Assembly: GCA_964463735.1 (NCBI GenBank)
Contig: CAYXDB010000001.1
Coordinates: 1-51,548 of the forward strand
Direction: 5' to 3'
DNA length: 51,548 nt
Source: an uncultured Ruminococcus sp.
GTDB taxonomy: Bacteria > Bacillota > Clostridia > Oscillospirales > CAG-272
The translations under genes were made by a program, and so were the position numbers. Below, piece by piece: positions 37,180-48,062 of the stretch; the stretch's first letter is position 1; every line of letters starts with the position of its first letter. Below the pieces are notes generated by a model. It did no database searches and was not told the DNA's origin. It was given only the letters and a program-made list of their open reading frames with translations.

Positions 37180-38214
37180 CTATCGATCCTTTCCTTTAAT
37201 TTTGATATCCTCTATTTCTTCATCTGTATACACGTGGTACTCCAGTGCATCAGAAAAATAAATATCTTCATACAAACTATCGTTCTCTTTATACAGGCGA
37301 TGGGCGGTATCAAACGAAAAAGTTCCCATCTGAGGTAAAACAAAATATCTATGCAATAACTCTATCGTGCCCGCCCGATTGATCACATAATACCAGGGGC
37401 CGTTGGCCTGCGGGCATATTGGCTTGCCGGGCAAAGAAAAACAGGACAAAGAGCACGTGGAGCGATGCGCGACCGCATGCGCCATGGTCTGGGCGATATT
37501 GCCTTGATAAACAGAGAGGTACATGCCCGCGGCGGGATGGAGCAACAGGTCAAAAAGCAGGGCGGGTGATGCATGCATCACCTGGCAAAAGAGTGCACGC
37601 AGAAATATCTTCTGCGCATCTACGCGCCCCAGATCCCCTTCTACATAGTCGCGCCGGAAACGGACGAACTGGGCGGCGGCCGCCCCATCCAGGCGGTGCT
37701 CCCCTGCCGGTAGTACGACGGAGGTGCGAGAAGACGGGTCTGTATACTCCAAGGGCCGCGGAAGGCAGACCGTGACACCGCCCAATGCATCGACAAGATC
37801 CGAAAAAGTTTGGATCTGTACCGCCACAGCGGCATGAATGGGGATGCCCAACGTGTCTTCCAGAATGTTTACCGTTTCCCGCAGGGCTTCCGCTGGCGTA
37901 TGGCCGGCGGCACGGCAGGCGGCATAGATATGGTTCAATTTAGGCATCCTGTAAGGATTCTCCCAATACATATCGCGCGGGAGCTGACAGATGACTACGT
38001 GGGCATCTTGCGGCACATAGCGCACCAAAAAGACCACGTCGGCATTTTCTGCCGCATCATCCAAGCCGAGCACCAAGGCGGTCATGGCAGGCGTTTCCCC
38101 GCCAAGGAACACAGGTAGCGGCTGTACCGCACCGGCTACACGCAGGTGTACCAGGGCGCAGGTGCAGACGAGCGCTAAAGAAAGGACCAGGATCCCTATT
38201 CTACATCTTTTCAT
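37180..38214 (-). CDS. LytR-CpsA-Psr (LCP) family protein
   Basis: Start chosen at MKRCRIGILVL (TM anchor). The LCP core is VFLVRY...QLPRD...KLNHIYA. Confidence 0.7.
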   Translation of the reverse strand: MKRCRIGILVLSLALVCTCALVHLRVAGAVQPLPVFLGGETPAMTALVLGLDDAAENADVVFLVRYVPQDAHVVICQLPRDMYWENPYRMPKLNHIYAACRAAGHTPAEALRETVNILEDTLGIPIHAAVAVQIQTFSDLVDALGGVTVCLPRPLEYTDPSSRTSVVLPAGEHRLDGAAAAQFVRFRRDYVEGDLGRVDAQKIFLRALFCQVMHASPALLFDLLLHPAAGMYLSVYQGNIAQTMAHAVAHRSTCSLSCFSLPGKPICPQANGPWYYVINRAGTIELLHRYFVLPQMGTFSFDTAHRLYKENDSLYEDIYFSDALEYHVYTDEEIEDIKIKGKDR

Positions 38215-38257
38215 ACAAAAACCACCGCATTTTTTCGTAGTTTTTGCATGTGAAGTA

Positions 38258-38905
38258 TCATGTATGTGTGTTAAGTTTTTCAAGGAGCGCGTTACGCGCA
38301 TCCACGGTCTCCAGCGAGATCGGATCCCCCTCTTGCAGAAGCAATTGCAATGTCATATCATAAGAGACCAGCAGAATGTGATGCAGGTGTTGTAGATAGC
38401 AGTCCGGGGAGGACGCCTGTATGCCATCCCAAAACATCTGCCGCAACTTCACGCAATCCGGAAATGTGCGCGTATCTTCGATGTAATCGGCCAGATACAG
38501 CAAGGAGGCAAAGCAGCTCATATCGCGTGCGCCTGTCGTATGCTTCCGGATCGCATCCAGGACATCTGCCGAAACATATCCTCCAAAATCTTTCTGTGCT
38601 ACATAGGCGCCTGTGCGTGCGTGCAGTAATTTGGGAGATGCCAGGTCTGTCTGCGTCAGCGATGAACCGCTTTCCAACATCAGCGCGATCTGCTGTGCGA
38701 CTGTACACTCTTTCGTGATGTCGTGCAACAGTGCCGCTACGCGTAAAGCGGGAATACTGTCTGGCAGATAGATCTCGCCGAGCGCCACGATCGCGCGTTC
38801 CACCCCCAGGGTATGCCGGAAGCGCTTGGCGCTCATGCGCTCTTGCACCTGCGCACGTAAGGCATCGATGGCCGATGGGGTCAATGCGCTTGATACAGCT
38901 TCCAT
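38258..38905 (-). CDS. yqeK: bis(5'-nucleosyl)-tetraphosphatase (symmetrical), HD domain YqeK
   Basis: Start at MEAVSS. RFRHTLGV...LLHDITKE HD motif, with synteny after nadD. Confidence 0.8.
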   Translation of the reverse strand: MEAVSSALTPSAIDALRAQVQERMSAKRFRHTLGVERAIVALGEIYLPDSIPALRVAALLHDITKECTVAQQIALMLESGSSLTQTDLASPKLLHARTGAYVAQKDFGGYVSADVLDAIRKHTTGARDMSCFASLLYLADYIEDTRTFPDCVKLRQMFWDGIQASSPDCYLQHLHHILLVSYDMTLQLLLQEGDPISLETVDARNALLEKLNTHT

Positions 38906-39498
38906 CTCTTGATATATGCCTGCACCTCGGGGGCGAGAAACCCCTCTGTGCTTTTCCCTTCTGCTATCCATCCCCGCAGAATACTGGAGGAGATCGGTAG
39001 CGTTTTCATTTGTAATGGATGGCACACCGCCCCGTAGCGCACAGCAAAATTTTGGGCACATGCGGCGGCCTTTTTTTGCATGGCCGCCGTCTCCTCAGCA
39101 CCGCCTTCACGGAAGCCATAGACGATCTCAGCCAGGGCAAATATCTTTTCGGGGTGATACCAGGTATCCAATGTGACGAACATATCCGAGCCGCACAGCA
39201 GGACCAACTGCGTATCGCAAGCAGACAGATGCTCCAGGGTATCGGCAGTATAACTCTTGCCGCCCCGGGAGATCTCTATATCGCTGACGACCACCGGCAG
39301 AGTGGCAAACGCCAGGCGGCACATGTCTGACCGTTGCTGTGGCGTGGCATCATCGTGAAGCAGTTTATGCGGCGGCACACAGGCCGGGATGACCATGACC
39401 TCATCTAACCGCTCTTGCGCTATGAACGCAGACAGCAGATGCCGATGCCCTTCATGCGGGGGTGAGAAGCTCCCGCCGTAGATCCCCAGCCGTTTCAC
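38881..39498 (-). CDS. nadD: nicotinate-nucleotide adenylyltransferase
   Basis: GIYGGSFSPPHEGH (HxGH) nucleotidyltransferase motif and ISSS(I)LR at the C-terminus. Confidence 0.9.
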   Translation of the reverse strand: MKRLGIYGGSFSPPHEGHRHLLSAFIAQERLDEVMVIPACVPPHKLLHDDATPQQRSDMCRLAFATLPVVVSDIEISRGGKSYTADTLEHLSACDTQLVLLCGSDMFVTLDTWYHPEKIFALAEIVYGFREGGAEETAAMQKKAAACAQNFAVRYGAVCHPLQMKTLPISSSILRGWIAEGKSTEGFLAPEVQAYIKRWKLYQAH

Positions 39499-40403
39499 GG
39501 CAAAAGGATCTTGCCCGGTCTATCCTGCGACGGGCGATACAGGACCAGGCGTCTCCCCGTGACAGAGACGACCGCGGCCCCCAACAGCAATGCCAGAGCA
39601 TCCGCCGCAACACGCGCGTCCACGGGAGAGGTTTCCAGGACGGTCAGCTTGATCAGCTCACGCGCCTCCAATGCGTTCCCGGTCTGCCGGAATATTTCCT
39701 CCGACAAACCGGATTTTCCTATCTGGAAGATCGGCTGCATATTGTTGGCCAGGGAGCGTAGCGTAGCACGCTGCTTGCTGGTCAGATGCACGGCATGTGG
39801 GATCTCCCTGGCAAAAGAACGGGCAAACGCGCGTACAGCGTGGGAACGGTGGCTCACGCGGTTCTTCTCCTCCAGGGGCACCTCGGCAAATGTTTTGGAA
39901 AAGGGCGGGTAATAGAACAACGGGTCATACCCAAATCCCCCGTCCCCTTGATAGGAGCGCAGGATCTCCCCTTCACAACGGCCGGTGACCGTAAAATGCC
40001 GCCCATCGGGGAACACGCAGGCGATCGCGCAGGAATAGTGCGCCGTGCGACTCCCGTCCGGTACATCAGACAGTTCCCGCAGGAGCTTTTGATTATTATT
40101 TTCGTCATTGCACGGCTCACCGGCATAGCGGGCGGAATAGACGCCGGGGGCGCCCTGCAAGGCATCCACGGACAATCCAGAATCATCTGCGATCCCGATA
40201 TACCCTATCTGGGCGGGAACGGACGCTTTGATCAACGCATTTTCTTCAAACGTGCTCCCCGTTTCCACGATCTCATCACGGTAACCGATGTCATCCAGCG
40301 AAAGGATCTGAACATCGGACATGATCCCGCCTTCCGCACGCAGAAGGGTCAACATTTCCCGGATCTTTTTCTGATTGCGGGATGCAAGTACCAGTTGTAT
40401 CAT
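39495..40403 (-). CDS. fusion of RdgB/HAM1 non-canonical NTP pyrophosphatase (N-terminus) and YhbY/CRS1 RNA-binding domain (C-terminus)
   Basis: The first ~205 aa are LASRNQKKIREM...ETGSTFEENA..ADDSGL..GAPGVYSARY..FGYDP..SHR. The last ~97 aa are LTSKQRATLRSLANNMQPIFQIGKSGL...ELIK. One uninterrupted frame. Confidence 0.8.
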   Translation of the reverse strand: MIQLVLASRNQKKIREMLTLLRAEGGIMSDVQILSLDDIGYRDEIVETGSTFEENALIKASVPAQIGYIGIADDSGLSVDALQGAPGVYSARYAGEPCNDENNNQKLLRELSDVPDGSRTAHYSCAIACVFPDGRHFTVTGRCEGEILRSYQGDGGFGYDPLFYYPPFSKTFAEVPLEEKNRVSHRSHAVRAFARSFAREIPHAVHLTSKQRATLRSLANNMQPIFQIGKSGLSEEIFRQTGNALEARELIKLTVLETSPVDARVAADALALLLGAAVVSVTGRRLVLYRPSQDRPGKILLP

Positions 40404-41308
40404 GATTCAAACAATGCGGCAACAAAATCGGTAGCGTTGAAAGGACGCATATCATCGATCTGCTCGCCTACTCCTATATATTTTACAGGGATGTTCAATT
40501 CCTGCTTGATGGACAGGATGATACCGCCTTTGGCAGTCCCGTCCAATTTCGTCAAGATCAGTCCGGTTATATTCGCCGCATTTTTGAATTCCTTGGCTTG
40601 GCTGACGGCGTTTTGCCCTGTGGTGGCATCCAGGACCAGTAATGTCTCCAGAGAAGCCTCGGGCAATTCACGCTGTATCACGCGATAGATCTTGGCCAGT
40701 TCGTCCATGAGGTTCTTCTTATTATGCAGGCGCCCTGCCGTATCCACGATCATCACATCTGCGCCACGGCTCTTCACCGCGTGGATGGCATCAAAAACGA
40801 CGGCCGCAGGATCTGCCCCCTGGCCCTGGCGGATAAGGTCGGCCCCGCTCCGCTCACACCATACGGCCAACTGCTCCGTGGCTGCCGCGCGGAAAGTATC
40901 TGCCGCCGCTACCACGACTTTTTTATGCTCATCCCGCAGGTGGTGGGCGATCTTCCCAATAGACGTCGTCTTCCCCACGCCATTGACGCCAATGACCAGT
41001 ATCACAGACGGCTTGGTGGCAAGGCACAGCGGTTCCCCCTCGCCGATCATATCGATCAGGATGGCGCGCAATGCTTCCCGCACGTCATCTGGCGCCTTGA
41101 TGCGGCCATCGCGGATGCGTTCACGCAGCAGATCCAATATCTGTTCTGTCGTTTCCACCCCCACATCGGCCCCGATCAGGATCTCTTCCAACTCGTCCAG
41201 AAAATCTTCATCGATGCGGACGAATTGCTTGAGCAGATCATCGACCTTTCCAAAAAGGGCGTTTTTCGTTTTCAACAAGCCATTTTTTAATTTATCAAAG
41301 AAGCCCAT
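40400..41308 (-). CDS. ftsY: signal recognition particle receptor
   Basis: [18 protein letters not shown] and [10 protein letters not shown] motifs. Confidence 0.9.
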   Translation of the reverse strand: MGFFDKLKNGLLKTKNALFGKVDDLLKQFVRIDEDFLDELEEILIGADVGVETTEQILDLLRERIRDGRIKAPDDVREALRAILIDMIGEGEPLCLATKPSVILVIGVNGVGKTTSIGKIAHHLRDEHKKVVVAAADTFRAAATEQLAVWCERSGADLIRQGQGADPAAVVFDAIHAVKSRGADVMIVDTAGRLHNKKNLMDELAKIYRVIQRELPEASLETLLVLDATTGQNAVSQAKEFKNAANITGLILTKLDGTAKGGIILSIKQELNIPVKYIGVGEQIDDMRPFNATDFVAALFES

Positions 41309-44300
41309 CCGTAAACTCCTTGTTCTTACTTTCTATTTCGTTGACATCCAGCGCGATCACCCGGGAAATACCGCGCTCCGGCATGGTCACGCCATACAGC
41401 CTGTCGGCGATCTGCATCGTCCCGCGGCGATGCGTGATCAGAATAAACTGTGTTTCACCGCAGAAACGCCGTATGTATTCACCCAGGCGATACACATTGA
41501 CTTCGTCCAGCGCGGCCTCTATCTCATCCAGCAGGCAGAACGGCGTAGGATTGACTTTGAGAATGGCGAAGAAAAGTGCGCAAGCCACGAAAGCCTGTTC
41601 GCCACCGGAAAGGAGCGATAGATTTTTAATGATCTTGCCGGGAGGCGCCGCCTTGATCTCAATGCCGCAACGGAGGACATCGTCCGGATCCGTCAAGGAC
41701 AATTCCGCCTGTCCGCCGCCAAACAATTCGCGGAACACCACGCCAAAATTTTTATTGATCTCAGCAAACGCGGAAACGAAACTGGTCTTCATCTCATCCT
41801 CCAGTTTCTCCACGATCGCCATCAATTCATCGCGTGAGCGTGTCATATCTGCGACCTGCTCCGACATGGTCTCATAACGGTCCTTTACCTCGTCATACTC
41901 TGCGATCGCCGAAGTATTGACAGAGCCAAGGCTCTTGATCTTCTGTTTACATTCGGTCTGCACCTGAACGAAGGCACTATGATTGTCCGCAGTGACCGGC
42001 GGATAGTCAAGCTGCCTTGCCTGTTCTGCCGTCAATTCATAGTCATCGTACAGGCGAGAGCTCAACCGGTCGTACTCATCCTGGAGGCGTTCCAACTTAT
42101 GTGCGTTACGGGAATGGGCTTCGGCCGTCAGATCTTTTTGGTTATACTTATTGCGGATCTGGATCTTCAATTCGCCCAGGCGCCTGTCGTAATCGTCATT
42201 ATCTGCCTCAACGGCCCCGCGATTCTGGTCGATATCGGCCAGGCGCTGTGCCAGCACTTCTCTTTCCTGCTGGATCCGGGCCATGTCGGCCTTATGCTGT
42301 GCCAGAAGCGCCTCCTGCTCTTCTATGCGCGCCTGTTGCTGGACGGTATCTTCCTTCAGTTCTTCGATCCGGCGCACAGCTGTTTCTTTGCGCTGGAGGG
42401 AAGCCTGTTTTTCTCCGCGCAGTTCCGTGATGTGGATCTGGACATCGTTGGCCTTTTGCCCCAGTGCCTCGCGCTCATCCAGCAAAGCATTGCGCTCGAT
42501 CTCGCGCTCTTCCCGCAGGGTGGTAATGGCCTGTATCTGTTCTTCCAGCCCCCGCAACTCTTCTTCTAAGAGCGCCATTTCATTTTGCCCCTGCGCATCG
42601 GAATGCAAGAGTGCCTCCCGGTCCGCACGCAACGTGTTGGTCAATTGCAGATTGGCCTCCCACTTTGCATTGGCACTGTCAAGCGCTGCAAATTGCGTTC
42701 TGGCCATGGCCAACAGCAAGTCCTTTTGCTGTTCTGCATCGCGGGCGACCTGATGCAGGTCGCGCATCTGTGCATCCAAGGTCGCCACCCGGGCTTCATC
42801 CTGCTGTATCTGCGCCGCCACGGCCTCGGCATCCTTTTGCAGTTTTTCGATCTCCGCCGGCCGACTCATGACGCCGCTGTCATGCTTGGCCGAACCGCCC
42901 GTAAACGAACCGCCGGCATTGATGACCTGCCCATCCAGGGTAACCATCTTGACACGGTAGTGCAAAGACCTGGCCGCATCCGTTGCGTGATCGAGCGTAT
43001 CGAAAACGACGGTCCTGGCCAGCAGCCACGCAACGATCTCACCATATGCGGGAGCGAATTGTACCAACTGATCTGCGCGCCCGACATATCCGGCATAGGT
43101 AGCGGCGCGGCGCACTTCTTCCGTTTCCCCACTGGCGCGTATAGCACTGACCGGGTAGAAGGTAGCGCGACCGGCGCGATTCTCCTTCAGGAAATTGATC
43201 GCCGCTTTGGCGGTCGTTTCCTGATCGACCACGATATTCTGGATGTTGGCCCCCAGTGCTGTCTCGATCGCGACGGTATGCGCCGGAGCCGTGGTGATCA
43301 GGCGGGAAAGAGGGCCATAGATCTTACCGGCACCGGGAATATGCCCCACATGTTGCATGATGAAGCGCACGCTGTTGTTATATCCCTCAAAATGCTCTTC
43401 CATCCGCTGCAAGGCGTCTGCCCGTTGCAGGAAGGAGCTCCGCTGTCCCTGCAGGCGAGCCAGCCCATCCATCACGGAGGCACGCGTACCGGTCAGTTCC
43501 TCGATCTTTTGCCCTGCCCCCGCGATCTCACTTTCATAGCCGGCGATCTTTTCTTTGAAAGAGGCCGCGCTGTTTTCGCACCGGGCGGCCTCGGCCTTCA
43601 GTTTTTCCCCTTCTGCCTCATAGCGTGCGATCTCGGCGGCCAGGCTGTTGGCCTTATCATTCCCGCTTTCTTTGGTGCTCTTCAGGACGTTGAGGCGCAC
43701 GCGCACATCTACGGCACGTGTTTCCAACGCATTGGATTCCTGCAACTTATTTGCGAGCAGCACTTCCAGCGTCTGCGCCGCCTGCATTTTTTCCTGCTGT
43801 TCAGCCAACAAGGCAAGATGTTCATCCCGCAGGCTCTCTACCTGCTCATCCATCCCCAGCAGTTTGCCGTCCTCCCCGCGTTGTTCAGCATCCAGGGCAA
43901 GGATCGCGCGTTTATCTTCTTCCATACTGGCGCGGCAGGCGGTAATGGTCTCCTGACGGTGCTGTGTATCATTTTCCAGCAGGTGGAACTCATTCTCCAG
44001 GCGATTGAGGTCCTTGGTAGACTCCCGATTCTGCTGCAACAGGTTTTCAGATAACAGGCGGTTCTTCTTCTGTTCTTCGTCCAATCGATCGTTCTGCGCT
44101 TCCAGAGAAGCCAGGGACTCGTTCAACGAATTCAGTTCATTTTCTGATAATGCGACGGCATCTTTTGCGGTCGCGATATCGGTGCGTAGTTTCTGTGTAT
44201 CATACAACCACAGCGAAACATCCGCCTGCTTTTTCTGGTCATACAACTCAAAGTAGCGTTTTGCCTTCTCTGACTCACGCTTCAAGGGGCCGACGCGGCT

Positions 44301-44903
44301 CTCAAGTTCCCCTAAGATGTCACGCACGCGCAACATATTCTCTTCGGTCGCCTGCAGTTTTCGCTCCGCCTCTTCTTTTTTGAACCGGAATTTGGAGATG
44401 CCTGCGGCTTCTTCAAAAAAGTTACGGCGGTCCTCACTCTTTTTGGACAAGATCTCTGCAATGCGCCCCTGACCGATAATGGAATAGCCTTCCCGGCCTA
44501 CGCCGGTATTCATAAACAACTCATAGATATCTTTCAGGCGGCAGTTTTTGCGGTTGATGAAGTACTCGCTCTCTCCTGCCCTATAATATCTACGGGTAAC
44601 GACCACTTCGTCATAGGGGAGATTCAGCGCGTGCGCCTTGTCTGTATTATCGAATGTCACAGAAACTTCCGCAAATCCCATAGGGCGCCGGTCATCCGTC
44701 CCCCCGAAGATAACGTCTTCCATCTTTGTGCCGCGGATATTGCGGCTGGACAGTTCCCCCAGCACCCAGCGCATGGCATCGGAGATGTTTGATTTCCCGC
44801 TCCCGTTGGGGCCCACCACGACGGTCGTCCCGCGTTCGAACGTCAGGACCGTGCGATTGGGGAAAGATTTGAATCCATGTAATTCCAGTGATTTAAGATA
44901 CAC
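41295..44903 (-). CDS. smc: chromosome segregation protein SMC
   Basis: 1202 aa with N-terminal GPNGSGKSN, long coiled coils, a hinge, and C-terminal LSGGE signature plus Walker B. Confidence 0.95.
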   Translation of the reverse strand: MYLKSLELHGFKSFPNRTVLTFERGTTVVVGPNGSGKSNISDAMRWVLGELSSRNIRGTKMEDVIFGGTDDRRPMGFAEVSVTFDNTDKAHALNLPYDEVVVTRRYYRAGESEYFINRKNCRLKDIYELFMNTGVGREGYSIIGQGRIAEILSKKSEDRRNFFEEAAGISKFRFKKEEAERKLQATEENMLRVRDILGELESRVGPLKRESEKAKRYFELYDQKKQADVSLWLYDTQKLRTDIATAKDAVALSENELNSLNESLASLEAQNDRLDEEQKKNRLLSENLLQQNRESTKDLNRLENEFHLLENDTQHRQETITACRASMEEDKRAILALDAEQRGEDGKLLGMDEQVESLRDEHLALLAEQQEKMQAAQTLEVLLANKLQESNALETRAVDVRVRLNVLKSTKESGNDKANSLAAEIARYEAEGEKLKAEAARCENSAASFKEKIAGYESEIAGAGQKIEELTGTRASVMDGLARLQGQRSSFLQRADALQRMEEHFEGYNNSVRFIMQHVGHIPGAGKIYGPLSRLITTAPAHTVAIETALGANIQNIVVDQETTAKAAINFLKENRAGRATFYPVSAIRASGETEEVRRAATYAGYVGRADQLVQFAPAYGEIVAWLLARTVVFDTLDHATDAARSLHYRVKMVTLDGQVINAGGSFTGGSAKHDSGVMSRPAEIEKLQKDAEAVAAQIQQDEARVATLDAQMRDLHQVARDAEQQKDLLLAMARTQFAALDSANAKWEANLQLTNTLRADREALLHSDAQGQNEMALLEEELRGLEEQIQAITTLREEREIERNALLDEREALGQKANDVQIHITELRGEKQASLQRKETAVRRIEELKEDTVQQQARIEEQEALLAQHKADMARIQQEREVLAQRLADIDQNRGAVEADNDDYDRRLGELKIQIRNKYNQKDLTAEAHSRNAHKLERLQDEYDRLSSRLYDDYELTAEQARQLDYPPVTADNHSAFVQVQTECKQKIKSLGSVNTSAIAEYDEVKDRYETMSEQVADMTRSRDELMAIVEKLEDEMKTSFVSAFAEINKNFGVVFRELFGGGQAELSLTDPDDVLRCGIEIKAAPPGKIIKNLSLLSGGEQAFVACALFFAILKVNPTPFCLLDEIEAALDEVNVYRLGEYIRRFCGETQFILITHRRGTMQIADRLYGVTMPERGISRVIALDVNEIESKNKEFTDGLL

Positions 44904-44947
44904 AGTGACACCTCGATCTTATGATTTTTATGCCCTGGCAAAGAGCC

Positions 44948-45637
44948 TCACGTTTCGCCAAAGAGCCGCAAGGCTTCTTTGGCTGCGTGCATCTCTGCCT
45001 CTAATTTAGAATGGCCGATACCGGTCCCCACCGCATTACTATTCAAATAGGCGATGACCGTAAAGCAGGGGGCGTGCGCCGGTCCGTCTTCAGAAACGAC
45101 GCGATATTCCAATCTTTCGCGACCGTCCTGTTCCACCAGTGTCTGCAGGCGCGATTTATAATCCCCGCGGATGGCAGTGCAATGCACCAGTTCCTCCCGG
45201 AACAGATCCTGCACGATCGAAAAAGCCGCCTGTTCTCCCCGGTCGCCTGCATCCAAATAGATCGCGCCCAGCAACGCCTCCAGTGCGTCGGCCAGCAGGC
45301 GCTTTTTGGTACGGCCGCCATCCTTTTCCACACCATGTCCTAAACGCAGTTCCGCGCCCAAAGACAGAGACTCTGCCACCCGAGACAATGTGTCTTCACA
45401 CACCAGGTGCTGGCGGTACAGCGAGAGGGTCCCCTCCGCTTCAGCCGGATATTGCAGATACAGGAGGTGGCTGACGGCCAACTGTAAAACGGCATCCCCG
45501 AGGAATTCCAACCGTTCGTTATGCGGCACGCCGGTGCGCGTTTCATGCGCGTAGGAGGAATGCGTCAATGCTTCGTCAAGCAATGCGCCCTGATGAAATG
45601 TGTATCGCAGGCGACCTTCCAGATCCATCCTGGACAT
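44948..45637 (-). CDS. rnc: ribonuclease III
   Basis: NERLEFLGDAVL signature and a C-terminal dsRBD. Confidence 0.9.
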   Translation of the reverse strand: MSRMDLEGRLRYTFHQGALLDEALTHSSYAHETRTGVPHNERLEFLGDAVLQLAVSHLLYLQYPAEAEGTLSLYRQHLVCEDTLSRVAESLSLGAELRLGHGVEKDGGRTKKRLLADALEALLGAIYLDAGDRGEQAAFSIVQDLFREELVHCTAIRGDYKSRLQTLVEQDGRERLEYRVVSEDGPAHAPCFTVIAYLNSNAVGTGIGHSKLEAEMHAAKEALRLFGET

Positions 45638-45700
45638 GCATCCGCACCTCCTCCCGTAACATATGCCTGTTTCCTTCGGTCATTCTGCGCTGTCCGACGG

Positions 45701-46687
45701 TCATTCTGCCGCCGCACGCGCAATATCCATATTCACGCCTGTCGATATAAAGGTGATCGCCTGCAATACAGCATTTTTGATCGCCCGCGCATCAGAACTG
45801 CCATGTGCTTTGATCACCGGCTTGGAGATACCCAACAGCGGGGCGCCGCCATATTCGGACGCGTCAAATTTCTTCTTGAGGCCCTGCAGTTTCCCTTTCA
45901 TCGCAAGGGCCGCCAATTTGGTGGAAGTGCTGGACATCAAGGTGTCTTTGAGCACCGACATCATGAATTTCCCCATTCCCTCGGTGCACTTTAGCAAAAT
46001 ATTCCCGGTAAAGCCATCCGTCAGGATCACATCACACGGGGCAAACGGCAGTTGTTTTGCCTCGACATTGCCGACAAAATTGATCTGCGCGTTTTGCGAC
46101 AGCCTTTGATAGGTCTCGATCTGTAATGGCAGCCCCTTATTGAATTCGGTGCCATTGTTCAAAAGGCCGATGCGCGGTTCATGGATCGCATGGCACTTTT
46201 CCATATAGAGGGCGCCCATGTACGCAAATTGTTCCAGATTGTCCGGCGTAACGGTCAGATTGGCGCCGGAATCCATCAACAGGACCGGGGTAGCAAACGG
46301 CAACACCGTGCCGATCGCCGCGCGCCGTATCCCTTTGATGCGGCGCACGAGCAAGGTCGCGCCCGCGAGCAAGGCACCGGTGTTCCCGGCGCTGACGAAC
46401 GCATCTCCTTCCCCCTGCTCCAGCATACGCAGTCCTACGCTCATGGACGAGTCGCTTTTATCACGAATGACAGAAAGCGGTTTGTCTTCCATCCCGATGA
46501 CAGAATCGGCATGGATGATATCGATGCCATCCAGGGACAGCGCATTTTCTTTAGCAGTCTCTTGAATGACGCCGCTGTCGCCGACTACGGCAATGGGCTT
46601 GCGATACTCTTTGGCGGCCATGACGGCCCCTTTTAACAATTCCAGCGGGGCGTTATCACCGCTCATAACATCAATGATGATCCGCAT
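45701..46687 (-). CDS. plsX: phosphate acyltransferase
   Basis: 328 aa with [14 protein letters not shown] and the GFTGNI..K motif. Confidence 0.9.
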   Translation of the reverse strand: MRIIIDVMSGDNAPLELLKGAVMAAKEYRKPIAVVGDSGVIQETAKENALSLDGIDIIHADSVIGMEDKPLSVIRDKSDSSMSVGLRMLEQGEGDAFVSAGNTGALLAGATLLVRRIKGIRRAAIGTVLPFATPVLLMDSGANLTVTPDNLEQFAYMGALYMEKCHAIHEPRIGLLNNGTEFNKGLPLQIETYQRLSQNAQINFVGNVEAKQLPFAPCDVILTDGFTGNILLKCTEGMGKFMMSVLKDTLMSSTSTKLAALAMKGKLQGLKKKFDASEYGGAPLLGISKPVIKAHGSSDARAIKNAVLQAITFISTGVNMDIARAAAE

Positions 46688-48062
46688 AGATACCTCCTGT
46701 CCCCTGTGCCTGCACGCCTATATCCTCCAATCTCTCCCGGATCCGATCGATCTCCTGGAGAGAGCGCTCCGCATACACCTGATTTCTGGCGGCCTTACCC
46801 CCCTTCACTTTGGAGGGGAGTGGGGATATGATACCAAAATTCGCATTCATGGGTTGAAAATCACCGCCTGCGTATTCGCTGACATAATGTGCCAGGGCGC
46901 CGATCTCTGTCGTACTAGGGAAATCCAACTGCGCCGTACCGCGCGCCAGAAGTGCCGCATTAACACCCGCCACATAGCCGGAAGCCGTTGACTCCACATA
47001 CCCTTCTACCCCGGTGATCTGCCCGGCAAAGAACAGGTGCGGCGCCGTGCGCAAAGCATACGTCGGCTGGAGCAAGCGGGGGGCATGCAGATACGTGTTG
47101 CGGTGCATCACACCGTAACGGTAAAATTCCGCCGATGCCAATCCCGGTATCATGCGAAAAACTCTTTTTTGCTCCCCGAATGTCAAATGTGTCTGAAAAC
47201 CGACCAGGTTATACATCGTGCCAGCCAGATTCTCGCGGCGCAACTGCACCACGGCATAGGCCTCTTTCCCCGTCTGGGGCAGGGGCAATCCGACCGGCTT
47301 CATGGGGCCATAGCGCAAGGTATCACGGCCGCGCTGGGCCATGATCTCGACCGGCATGCACCCTTCAAACACTTGCGGAGCTTTCTGCGCGGCAGCATCG
47401 AACTCTTTCAATTCTGCCACTTTGGCGCTGATGAGCGCCTCATAAAAGGCGTCATATTCCTCCCGCGTCATGGGACAATTCAGGTAATCGGTCGCCTCAC
47501 CTTTGCCATAGCGCGACGCAAAAAAAGCGCGGGACATATCGATCGTGGCCGCATCGACGATGGGGGCGGCGGCATCATAAAAATGCAACTGCTGTCCGTT
47601 TACCAGGCGACTGATATCCTCTGCCAGTGCATCGCTTGTAAGGGGCCCGGTCGCCACCACCGTGATCCCGGACTGCGGAAGAGCCGTCACTTCCTCCTCA
47701 TGGACCGTGATGCGAGGATGCGAGCGGATCTTATCGGTCACATAGGCAGAGAACTTTACACGGTCTACCGCCAGTGCCGAACCAGCCGGCACAGCAGAGG
47801 CGTAAGCCGCCTCCATGATCAGGGAATCCAGGCGCGCCAGTTCTTCCTTCAGCAATCCGACCGCATTGGTCTTATCGTTGGAGCGCAAAGAATTGGAACA
47901 CACCAGCTCTGCAAAGCCGGCAGAATGATGCGCCGGGGAAAACTTCTGCGGTTTCATCTCATACAGTTCCACCGCCAGACCAAGGCGCGCGGCCTGCCAG
48001 GCCGCCTCACAGCCCGCCAGACCAGCACCGATCACGCGAACGACCGGAAAATTCACACTCAT
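46671..48062 (-). CDS. trmFO: methylenetetrahydrofolate--tRNA-(uracil-5-)-methyltransferase
   Basis: [15 protein letters not shown] motif, 463 aa, synteny after topA. Confidence 0.9.
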   Translation of the reverse strand: MSVNFPVVRVIGAGLAGCEAAWQAARLGLAVELYEMKPQKFSPAHHSAGFAELVCSNSLRSNDKTNAVGLLKEELARLDSLIMEAAYASAVPAGSALAVDRVKFSAYVTDKIRSHPRITVHEEEVTALPQSGITVVATGPLTSDALAEDISRLVNGQQLHFYDAAAPIVDAATIDMSRAFFASRYGKGEATDYLNCPMTREEYDAFYEALISAKVAELKEFDAAAQKAPQVFEGCMPVEIMAQRGRDTLRYGPMKPVGLPLPQTGKEAYAVVQLRRENLAGTMYNLVGFQTHLTFGEQKRVFRMIPGLASAEFYRYGVMHRNTYLHAPRLLQPTYALRTAPHLFFAGQITGVEGYVESTASGYVAGVNAALLARGTAQLDFPSTTEIGALAHYVSEYAGGDFQPMNANFGIISPLPSKVKGGKAARNQVYAERSLQEIDRIRERLEDIGVQAQGTGGIYADHH

